A DNA stretch of 46,928 nucleotides. Source: a virus (Duplodnaviria > Caudoviricetes). Of the stretch, positions 36,671 through 43,489 are shown piece after piece (position 1 is the stretch's first letter; the number at the start of each line of letters is the position of its first letter). The notes beneath the pieces were generated by a model. It was not told where the DNA came from. It ran no database searches and saw only the letters and a list, made by a program, of their open reading frames with translations. Location: the IMG/VR virus record IMGVR_UViG_3300033145_000480, positions 1 to 46,928 of that record, one strand, 5' to 3'. The position numbers and the translations under genes are program-made.

Positions 36671-37259
36671 GGTTTTTGGTCATATTCTCAATTTGGGTCT
36701 TACTTGGTATTATTCGAGGATAAACTTTTGTGAAAAAGTCGACCCTATTGGTATCGCTGTCCTGAATAAACTTCAAATGTGCAAAAGCGCCCGGGCTTGG
36801 AGCACTTGAAGGCTTAACGTCCTTGACAGCAATATTATTATAAATCCACGTCAAGTCTCGAACAGGGTTCATCTCAGCATCTGCTAATTCGCCGAATTCA
36901 GAGATGTTGTGAAACATGCTGTCGTCTTCTTCGATCTTGTTGGCACATATATCAATAACAGGCAACGTAGCCTCTTTGCCCGCAGCCAGCTTCAATAAAT
37001 ACGTGTCTATCGGGATACAAGCCGCGGCATGAGCACGCTCAATGTCCTGATAACCCTTCTCGTCCATAAAGAAAATATTAAATTTAGACAACAAGACCAT
37101 GTATGTAGGCAATACCTTGGCGTCAATATAAGTCTTACGCTTCTCCAACCAGCGATAGTGGGCAGTAGGAGTGGCTTTGCCAACGCTCCGGGCACGCAAC
37201 TCAGATTCCGTGAATTTGCGAGGTTTTAATGTTCTCTTAGTTGTCCGCTTCTTAGCCAT
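36585..37259 (-). CDS. Putative terminase small subunit
   Basis: First gene of the late operon, overlaps terL, basic N terminus; assigned by position only. Confidence 0.55.
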   Translation of the reverse strand: MAKKRTTKRTLKPRKFTESELRARSVGKATPTAHYRWLEKRKTYIDAKVLPTYMVLLSKFNIFFMDEKGYQDIERAHAAACIPIDTYLLKLAAGKEATLPVIDICANKIEEDDSMFHNISEFGELADAEMNPVRDLTWIYNNIAVKDVKPSSAPSPGAFAHLKFIQDSDTNRVDFFTKVYPRIIPSKTQIENMTKNHDDGRSTSDLLDRLQAESLDDQGKISVL

Positions 37260-37660
37260 ATCAGCTCTATATTATATATATATTAAAGACGAGATGCGTC
37301 TACTTATTTCATTTTTAGTATGGTGTTTGGGGAGGTATCTATAGGAGTCCCACCAAACCGGGGCGGGGGGTTGGTAAAAACCTCACATACGACCTCTTTA
37401 ATTGATATTAACACTTGCTTCACATGTCCTTAACGATCTATGTCCTTGCGCATCTAAGCTCGACTATACCATGCTATGCAGCTATACCGCTGTGCTATGT
37501 CCGCGACACGACCAACCAGTGGCCCCGTGTAGCGATTGCATTGCGTTGGCTATGCCATTGCCATGCCTATCACACTAATGCAGTGGCGGAGCAGGCAGAG
37601 CCTTATATAGTTGCAGAGCATAAGCTTGATTGAGGAGTAGTAATGAGGGTTAGTATCCCC

Positions 37661-37738
37661 CCACTATTTACCATCCACTATTTACCACCATCACCCCTCC
37701 ACTATTCACCCTTCCCAAACCTTTATTATTTACCATCC
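37661..37738. repeat. Short iterated repeats CCACTATTTACCA
   Basis: Copies at 37661-37673 and 37675-37687, variants at 37699-37710 and 37727-37738. Confidence 0.7.
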
Positions 37739-37837
37739 CCCAGCCTCGACACCTTACCTACTACCGCCATAATCTCTACTCTTACCCTTGCCTTATATGC
37801 TTTTATCTTAATTCTTCGTTATACTGCTATTTCCCTG

Positions 37838-37864
37838 TTTTTCCCGTTTTTCCCGTTTTTCCCG
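37838..37864. repeat. Tandem 9-mer TTTTTCCCG x3
   Basis: Three perfect copies with degenerate flanking copies. Confidence 0.85.
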
Positions 37865-38184
37865 TTTTTCGCCTGTTTCCTCGATTTTACGTTCCTCAGC
37901 TTCAATCCTAAGCCATTATTATTACTTGGCCTATACTAATGTATCCCCCTTTATTTCGGTTCAATCATTGTAGTAACTTATGTCTTGAATCATTGATTAT
38001 TAACTATTTTCGCCGATTTTCAATCTTTTTTCGTTGATTAGTGCGTTTATATCTTATTGCCTGTGTTATACTTATACTCTGTATTATCTTATCTTATGTA
38101 TGTATTAGCATTATTTTATTGTGTTTTGTTGTGTTATAGCCGATAATATGTTATGGTAATTATGCCTTATTGAAGGAGTTTGAA

Positions 38185-38334
38185 ATGACCAGTGAACAGC
38201 GAAAACGGTATATTAGACTTGCAGAATCGCAACCGACATACTGGCTTGAATATTCTATTAAACGGCCTACCAGATTCATGACCCACCGGCATATTACCCT
38301 AATAAAATATGTTTTAAAGCATCGCGATTTTTGA
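38185..38334 (+). CDS. Small early protein (49 aa)
   Basis: GAAGGAG SD; MTSEQRKRYIRLAESQPTYW... Confidence 0.6.
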   Translation: MTSEQRKRYIRLAESQPTYWLEYSIKRPTRFMTHRHITLIKYVLKHRDF

Positions 38335-38338
38335 ATCA

Positions 38339-38378
38339 CCCGCCCGTAACGGATCGCCGGTTCAACTCCGGCAGCGGG
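38339..38378 (+). ncRNA. Minimal tRNA-like (T-arm) structured element
   Basis: CCCGC/GCGGG closing stem, CCGtaaCGG hairpin, GCCGG-TTCAACT-CCGGC T-arm. Confidence 0.45.
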
Positions 38379-38412
38379 CTTAACTTTATTACTTTAATTG
38401 GAAGGAATTACA

Positions 38413-38628
38413 ATGACAGCGAAACAATTAGCATCACAAGCGAAGGCAGCAAAGCCGAAAGTGCAGTATGGCTATTCTACCGACGACACTTCAGTCGCAG
38501 TATTCAAGGATAATCGTTGGGTTGTAGTGGCTGGACGCATCTTAACAGGCGAATTTGCTTCTATGCCTGTCGAAATTTTTGTCAACGGGCATAATCCTAC
38601 AGATGATCTTGCGTTTATCGCGGTTTAG
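38413..38628 (+). CDS. Hypothetical early protein
   Basis: GGAAGGA SD before ATG 38413. Confidence 0.65.
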   Translation: MTAKQLASQAKAAKPKVQYGYSTDDTSVAVFKDNRWVVVAGRILTGEFASMPVEIFVNGHNPTDDLAFIAV

Positions 38629-38665
38629 TCAAATGTTAACTTTAATATAAGGAATGTATAGAATT

Positions 38666-38827
38666 ATGTGGAAAACAGCACGAGTATTTACGAAAGCCGA
38701 AGGTTTTGGGTTTGGCCGAGAATTACGAGAACAGCGTATTATTGATATAAGGCCGGGCGAAACACATAAACAAGCATTAATAAGACAGGGATTCGACCCC
38801 AACCAATCAAGAATTGAGGTTATCTAA
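38666..38827 (+). CDS. Small hypothetical early protein (53 aa)
   Basis: MWKTARVF...IEVI; TAATG overlap with next gene. Confidence 0.55.
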   Translation: MWKTARVFTKAEGFGFGRELREQRIIDIRPGETHKQALIRQGFDPNQSRIEVI

Positions 38828-39117
38828 TGGAAGCTACTCATAAAATTAGTGCTTGTTATTTTCCCGCGCGCGACGAAGTTGATTTGACATGGGAGGATAT
38901 AGAAACGGGCAATATAGCCCAACTGACTACAAAAGTCCCAGAAGAGGTAGGGGGCGCAATTACATCCACTGTAATGCCTTGTGTTTATATTGAAGCGGTT
39001 ACAAAAGAGCGATATTTACTAAACGAGGTTCTTGACCAGTGCCACAATGAAGGCAATGGGGAGTATACTCTACCTGCTTGGTTTATTATGGAAATACGCG
39101 AATTTATTAAAGCCTAA
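38827..39117 (+). CDS. Hypothetical early protein
   Basis: 96 aa ORF with GAGGT SD. Confidence 0.65.
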   Translation: MEATHKISACYFPARDEVDLTWEDIETGNIAQLTTKVPEEVGGAITSTVMPCVYIEAVTKERYLLNEVLDQCHNEGNGEYTLPAWFIMEIREFIKA

Positions 39118-39379
39118 AACCCAAATCTCGGCAAAGACGCTAAACCGGAAGTGTGCAGAGAATATAAATGTGAAGACAGTTACATAGGCAAGTGATTATG
39201 CCATAAGAGCTTATCACAAATTGTGAGGACATTGTTACGTGAGAATTACATAAGACCCGCGCGGGATTCCCGAGCCCACGCAGGGCAAATCGAACTGTCA
39301 AGTAAAATTTGACACCTCACGATGTCCAGAATGATACATTTGACAGTTCAAAAACGCACTATTAACTTGTAAAAGAGGC

Positions 39380-39430
39380 GGGTCAGTCGATTATAGCTTA
39401 GTAACCTTGTCGGCTGGCCTGTTTTATTTT
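39380..39430 (+). terminator. Probable terminator
   Basis: GGTCAGTCGA...TCGGCTGGCC stem followed by TGTTTTATTTT. Confidence 0.45.
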
Positions 39431-39501
39431 GTAAATCGCAGATTCGCCAGGCTGGTTCTGCGAGACCTCGACAGATTCCCTGCCGCTGGCAAGAAACTCA
39501 A

Positions 39502-39675
39502 TTATTTAGCTAATTTTTCGCCAATTTGACTAATGTGTCCTGATAATACTATTTTACCCCTCGGAAAAGCTCTGCCCATATTATAAGGATAGTCTTCTTC
39601 AGGTAATAATCCAGGTTTTGAGGCATTTTTAGGATTGTATTTCATAGGCGTGCGCGAATCATTTTTCATAGCCAT
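39502..39675 (-). CDS. Possible small protein (57 aa)
   Basis: Open frame downstream of the nuclease gene; weak SD. Confidence 0.3.
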   Translation of the reverse strand: MAMKNDSRTPMKYNPKNASKPGLLPEEDYPYNMGRAFPRGKIVLSGHISQIGEKLAK

Positions 39676-39711
39676 CTATAAATCCCTGCCGTATCGGTTA
39701 GCCTGTTTTCG

Positions 39712-40167
39712 TTACCATACTTTGTTTTCGTACTTCATATCACGAGCTTGTGCTGTAACCAAGTCGTACAATTCTTTTCTTTTATCTCTCTTTATGTGTT
39801 CAGGGTAATATAATAAGGTCTTTTTGAATAGCCGTTTTGTATCATCATATCGCTTGACAATCTTTCGTATCTTCTTGACAGCGGCATAAATGCCCTTAAA
39901 ATCCCAGATCACCAGGACAGGAATATCAAATTTTAAGTATTTTGCAAATTGTTTCGGAGTAAATCTTTTTGCTTTCTTGAACTGTGATTCAGACCAACTT
40001 TTTATTTCTACTATTGCTAAGATTTCACCTTCACGAACTACAACACCATCAAAACGACAATTTTTATGCGTATACTCTAAAACAAAATGAATACCCAAAG
40101 GTCTTAAGAGTCTATCAATCTGGGCCTTACGGTTATCTTCGTGTAATCGTTTACGTACATATCTCAT
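39712..40167 (-). CDS. PD-(D/E)XK restriction-endonuclease-fold protein
   Basis: LEY....RFDGVVV......IVEIKS catalytic motif, followed by Q..KY. Confidence 0.7.
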   Translation of the reverse strand: MRYVRKRLHEDNRKAQIDRLLRPLGIHFVLEYTHKNCRFDGVVVREGEILAIVEIKSWSESQFKKAKRFTPKQFAKYLKFDIPVLVIWDFKGIYAAVKKIRKIVKRYDDTKRLFKKTLLYYPEHIKRDKRKELYDLVTAQARDMKYENKVW

Positions 40168-40452
40168 ATATATTTCCAAACGGACAAGATTAGGCGCACC
40201 AACCCCCTACAAAAGAGGGTTAGCATATCTTTTTATCCGGTTTTCCAACACGGACTGAGTTAGTATGCCCCTTTCCCCACGTATCGCTCGCCATAATGTG
40301 CAAGATACGTTCCACGACGGCCTTGTAACAGGGGTTGTCCAACGCTACAAGGGCTTAAAAGGGATAGCCAGGTCGCTGGCTCGCTTGCTTTATACTCTGC
40401 AAGATTTGAGTTGTTTAGTTTTTCTTCGATTTACTCTCTATTTAGTTTTTAT

Positions 40453-40635
40453 TTACATCTTTATTCTATGGCCTAACCTATCGGGCCATGCGTGTTCAGC
40501 GCAAAGCCTCTTCTCTTCGCGAGATAGTGACCCTGCCGAATTATATACGGACTCATCGAAACACTCTCGACATTCCCAGTTTTCCATTTCTGGAAGACTT
40601 TTATCTTCATTTCCACAAATATAACAAATTGCCAT
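40453..40635 (-). CDS. Small zinc-finger protein
   Basis: CYIC...CREC; starts just after the endonuclease VII stop. Confidence 0.5.
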   Translation of the reverse strand: MAICYICGNEDKSLPEMENWECRECFDESVYNSAGSLSREEKRLCAEHAWPDRLGHRIKM

Positions 40636-40636
40636 T

Positions 40637-41071
40637 TTAACCTATTTTCTTTATTTGTGCGTGTCTTTTGATGTACAACGCACCTTTATGTAGCATATTA
40701 GCACTGTCTTGTGCAAATCCAAGCATTGAATTGCACTTGCCGCACAATAACGCCCTTACCTTGCCTGTTTCATGGTTGTGGTCAATGGATAATGTCTGGC
40801 CATTCTTGTTGACACCGCCACAAATAGCACAAACACCCTCTTGAGTAGATAGCATATCAGCATATTGTGCAGGAGTCAAGTCGTATTTTTGTTTTAGTAA
40901 GTTTTTTCTGCGATTAATGTTGCGGGCAGTTTTGTTTTCTTGGTGATTCTTTCGCTGTATATCCCGCACTACGCCATATTGCGGAGTTTTATATTCCCAT
41001 TGCCCTTCGTATTCATAAGGCCACGGCTTCTCATCTTCTAAGAAATCACTTATTAACTGTTTATCGTCCAT
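40637..41071 (-). CDS. Endonuclease VII family protein
   Basis: KYDLT...Y..ML..QEGVCAICG...LSIDHNHETGKVRALLC.KCN..LG. Confidence 0.9.
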   Translation of the reverse strand: MDDKQLISDFLEDEKPWPYEYEGQWEYKTPQYGVVRDIQRKNHQENKTARNINRRKNLLKQKYDLTPAQYADMLSTQEGVCAICGGVNKNGQTLSIDHNHETGKVRALLCGKCNSMLGFAQDSANMLHKGALYIKRHAQIKKIG

Positions 41072-41109
41072 GAAAAGCCCTTAAAAATACCTTCTCCTTC
41101 CACACTCTA

Positions 41110-41138
41110 AGTATAACAGAAATTGCCTCCCATGTCAA
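41110..41138 (-). promoter_or_regulatory. Sigma70-type leftward promoter
   Basis: Minus strand TTGACA-17 nt-TATACT with TGn extension. Confidence 0.75.
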
Positions 41139-41190
41139 CCCCTAAACCCCAACTATTTTATTTTTTTTTGAAATTTATTAAAGTTTATGC

Positions 41191-41218
41191 TTGACTGTGT
41201 CGAAATGATTGTTATAGT
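41191..41218 (+). promoter_or_regulatory. Sigma70-type rightward promoter
   Basis: TTGACT-16 nt-TATAGT with TGn extension and an AT-rich UP region. Confidence 0.7.
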
Positions 41219-41251
41219 TTAGATAAATGGGTTTATTCAAGGAGTAAGAAA

Positions 41252-41401
41252 ATGAAAAAGAAGCCAATACGAATACCACCGACGAAGCCATACAACCTTG
41301 ACGACTGGAATCAACATCTTGAAGACATTGACGAACTGTTTGTCATGGATGTCGAACAGCGTAGTGAAATGATGGATCGTTTTGATGAAATGTTTAGCTG
41401 A
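41252..41401 (+). CDS. Small acidic early protein (49 aa)
   Basis: AAGGAG SD; MKKKPIRIPP...DRFDEMFS. Confidence 0.6.
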   Translation: MKKKPIRIPPTKPYNLDDWNQHLEDIDELFVMDVEQRSEMMDRFDEMFS

Positions 41402-41412
41402 AAGGAACAATT

Positions 41413-41553
41413 ATGAAAACTCTACAAAGAATTGCAGAAATGACTTTTGTGTTGGCTTTGGTATGGCTGACGCTCCAGGTGTCCGGATGCTCTACTATTT
41501 CCGGCATCGGCGAAGATTTGCAACGATTGAGCAGCCCCTACAATAATAGGTAA
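41413..41553 (+). CDS. Entericidin EcnA/B-like lipoprotein (46 aa)
   Basis: Signal peptide, VSGC lipobox, then STISGIGEDLQ matching the C.T..G.G.D pattern; AAAGGA SD. Confidence 0.65.
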   Translation: MKTLQRIAEMTFVLALVWLTLQVSGCSTISGIGEDLQRLSSPYNNR

Positions 41554-41570
41554 ATTAGAACTTTACCGAC

Positions 41571-41605
41571 AGCCCCTGTCTTTAACGAGATGGGGGCTAT
41601 TTTTT
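41571..41605 (+). terminator. Rho-independent terminator
   Basis: AGCCCCTGTCT...AGATGGGGGCT followed by ATTTTTT. Confidence 0.75.
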
Positions 41606-41670
41606 ACATCTTGTAAGTATTTGATTTTAAGCAGGTTAGAAAAAAGTTTAATTATTTTCAAAAAAAGATG

Positions 41671-41699
41671 TTGACAAAAAAGCTTGTTGTTGGTAATAT
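41671..41699 (+). promoter_or_regulatory. Sigma70-type early promoter
   Basis: TTGACA-17 nt-TAATAT with TGn extension and A-tract UP element. Confidence 0.7.
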
Positions 41700-41727
41700 T
41701 AGAGTAGTTATTTAAGGAGTAACAAAA

Positions 41728-42156
41728 ATGGACAAAGAAAAAGCAATGGAACGTATCGCAGCAATTGAAGAAGAGGCTAAAGGTTTAAGAGAAATCATAG
41801 ATGCACCAGAGAAACCCAAATTACAGCATGGCGATTATGGATTCCGTAACAGGCATCCTCGTTTTTTTGCTCAGGAGAACGACACGCTTAAGGTCGCAGG
41901 TTGTGTGCGTTTGTATCTCAGCACGGGCAACACAGAAGACTACGATATTTTCGGCAATATCACTGACGACCTTGAGCGATATAGGAGACCATTCGAGACA
42001 ACCACCACCCCTCAAGTAACAGTTCGCAGGCTCGATCCATTTGTTAGTCTTGAACATAGCTATCCTTCTACACACCTGACCTCCGACAATGCCATTGAAT
42101 TAGGCAAAACTTTAATGCACGCAGCAATACAACTTAAATTAGAGAAAGGAAAGTAA
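41728..42156 (+). CDS. Hypothetical early protein
   Basis: 142 aa ORF with TAAGGAG SD. Confidence 0.75.
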   Translation: MDKEKAMERIAAIEEEAKGLREIIDAPEKPKLQHGDYGFRNRHPRFFAQENDTLKVAGCVRLYLSTGNTEDYDIFGNITDDLERYRRPFETTTTPQVTVRRLDPFVSLEHSYPSTHLTSDNAIELGKTLMHAAIQLKLEKGK

Positions 42157-42195
42157 AATGTCTGTTGAAGAAATATTGATACAAAGGAGAAAGAA

Positions 42196-42723
42196 ATGGG
42201 CCAGCCAATATTAAAAGCCGTATCTTTTAGGGAAATTGAAGATGGTCAGACATTCTTCGTGGATGCGACAGGAGATGGTGATTTATTGCAAAAGCGAAGT
42301 GGTTCCGATGTTATTTGGGCCGATGGCTCACCCATGGCGTATCCAGAAACGGTCGATGAATATAAATATGACACAGTCTTTATTGAGGAGAAAAAAATGG
42401 ACACTATTGACATACTAAACCAAAGCATCGCAGAACATTCGGCGGCGCTGGCCAAGGCTATTAAAGAACGCGATGCGATGAAGGTTACTTATTCTATAGC
42501 GGATCGGTTTGTAAGGCGTGGCCATGATAAGCACGTTCTTTCGCGATCACGCCATAGCAACCGCGTATCGGCTGTTAGCATTACAGACGGCAAGGAATAT
42601 GCCCATCCAGTAGAAGTCAAGGATGTTAATGCTATAACAGAATCTGAGCTTACGAAAATCCTAAATCACATGAACAGGTATTTTGTCCGCTATTGGGATT
42701 CACAAAAACAAATCAAGACATAA
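42196..42723 (+). CDS. Hypothetical early protein (possible internal start at 42397)
   Basis: 175 aa ORF with AAGGAG SD. Confidence 0.7.
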   Translation: MGQPILKAVSFREIEDGQTFFVDATGDGDLLQKRSGSDVIWADGSPMAYPETVDEYKYDTVFIEEKKMDTIDILNQSIAEHSAALAKAIKERDAMKVTYSIADRFVRRGHDKHVLSRSRHSNRVSAVSITDGKEYAHPVEVKDVNAITESELTKILNHMNRYFVRYWDSQKQIKT

Positions 42724-42776
42724 TCATCCTCCTACGGTACGGGCCGAGAGTATTAGTCCTCGGCCTTTCAAAAGTT

Positions 42777-42862
42777 AATAGCAACCACAAGCACTCAGGC
42801 GGTTTTGATACGGTCGTTATTTCATAGCTTGCGGGTAATCCTGAGTAATTCCCGCTGCTATT
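42777..42862 (+). ncRNA. Structured RNA with predicted loop-loop/pseudoknot pairing
   Basis: AATAGCA/TGCTATT closing stem, CAAGC/GCTTG and GCGGG/CCCGC helices, complementary loops ACTCAGG and CCTGAGT. Confidence 0.5.
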
Positions 42863-42881
42863 TTTACAAGTAAATAAACAC

Positions 42882-43007
42882 GCGGCGTGGCGGAATAGGT
42901 AGGCGATAGTAGACGTACGAGGCATTTGTGAACAATAGGTGGTCAAAAACCACTGATTCGGTTTGATTCCGTGTGTGCCATGCAGGGCGCAAATCCCTGC
43001 CGCCGCA
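42882..43007 (+). ncRNA. tRNA-like RNA 1 with greatly enlarged anticodon region
   Basis: GCGGCG/CGCCGC acceptor, TGGCGGAATAGGTAG D-arm-like segment, GCAGGG-CGCAAAT-CCCTGC T-arm. Confidence 0.55.
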
Positions 43008-43018
43008 TTACAAGTGAA

Positions 43019-43145
43019 TAATTCTGGTTGGCGGCGTATCCATCCGCTTAATAGCGTGGCTAATCGTCCAGCAGGATTGGTTGAATCTGCCCTGCCAGAT
43101 TATGAGCCACTTCGTCAGCCTTCGGGCTGGCGGGGCGATGGCTCT
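43019..43145 (+). ncRNA. Two adjacent structured elements (multibranch plus UUCG hairpin)
   Basis: TCTGG/CCAGA and GGCGG/CTGCC stems; GAGCCA-CTTCGTCAGCC-ttcg-GGCTGGCGGGG-cga-TGGCTC. Confidence 0.45.
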
Positions 43146-43154
43146 CTTAAATAA

Positions 43155-43239
43155 GGGATAGTACGCTCAGTTGGTAGAGCGGTGGGTTAGCTAACGTAAA
43201 ACGTGGCCACGGTCGCAGGTTCGAGTCCTGCCTATCCCA
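43155..43239 (+). tRNA. tRNA-like RNA 2 (undetermined, non-canonical anticodon arm)
   Basis: GGGATAG/CTATCCC acceptor, CGCTC-AGTTGGTA-GAGCG D-arm, GCAGG-TTCGAGT-CCTGC T-arm; GTGG/CCAC stem encloses 21 nt. Confidence 0.65.
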
Positions 43240-43310
43240 TTAAAAGTAAATAAGCCGGTTTTGGGGGCTGGCTCGGAGTCGGCCCCATATTAAACTAACC
43301 TTCATTAAGG
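43237..43310. repeat. 74 bp perfect direct repeat, copy 1
   Basis: Identical to 43406-43479; contains GGGGCTGGCT-cgg-AGTCGGCCCC hairpin. Confidence 0.95.
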
Positions 43311-43408
43311 GACAGAGGCGGAACGGTACTCCGCAAGCACACAGGCGTTGAGCGTTAAATGGCCTGAAAGGGTGCTGCTCACAGCAGGTTCGACTCCGGC
43401 CCGTTCCA
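43309..43408 (+). ncRNA. tRNA-like RNA 3 with extended anticodon arm
   Basis: GGGACAG/CCGTTCC acceptor (one mismatch), GCGGA/TCCGC D-stem, AGCAC..CAGGC/GCCTG..GTGCT extended arm, GCAGG-TTCGACT-CCGGC T-arm. Confidence 0.55.
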
Positions 43409-43479
43409 TTAAAAGTAAATAAGCCGGTTTTGGGGGCTGGCTCGGAGTCGGCCCCATATTAAACTAACCTTCATTAAGG
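43406..43479. repeat. 74 bp perfect direct repeat, copy 2
   Basis: Identical to 43237-43310; its 3' end supplies the SD (TAAGGAG) of the next gene. Confidence 0.95.
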
Positions 43480-43489
43480 AGCAAGAAAA

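Noticed and set aside
37643-37939. 98 aa ORF with a good GAGGAG SD
   Set aside because: Its P/F/L-rich sequence simply reflects pyrimidine-rich DNA repeats (FFPFFPFFP). Not excluded, but not supportable as a gene.
40265-40624. 119 aa plus-strand ORF
   Set aside because: No SD, overlaps a minus-strand gene and has no recognisable motif.
42777-42862. Theta/HDV-like ribozyme next to tRNA-like genes
   Set aside because: The helix order is superficially similar, but the L3 consensus and the catalytic C in J4/2 are missing.
42882-43007. tmRNA or group I intron-containing tRNA
   Set aside because: The insert is far too short, with no tag reading frame or intron core.
42963-43154. 63 aa ORF inside the RNA array
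   Set aside because: TTG start without SD; it runs across structured RNA units.
43155-43239. Amber suppressor tRNA / TAG recoding (CTA and TAG triplets occur in the enlarged loop)
   Set aside because: No canonical 7 nt loop places CTA as an anticodon. Long genes are intact in the standard code and several (capsid, fibre, SSB) end cleanly at TAG.
43237-43479. CRISPR or mini-CRISPR array
   Set aside because: Only two copies of a 74 bp repeat with a ~95 nt structured insert; lengths do not fit and no cas genes are present.
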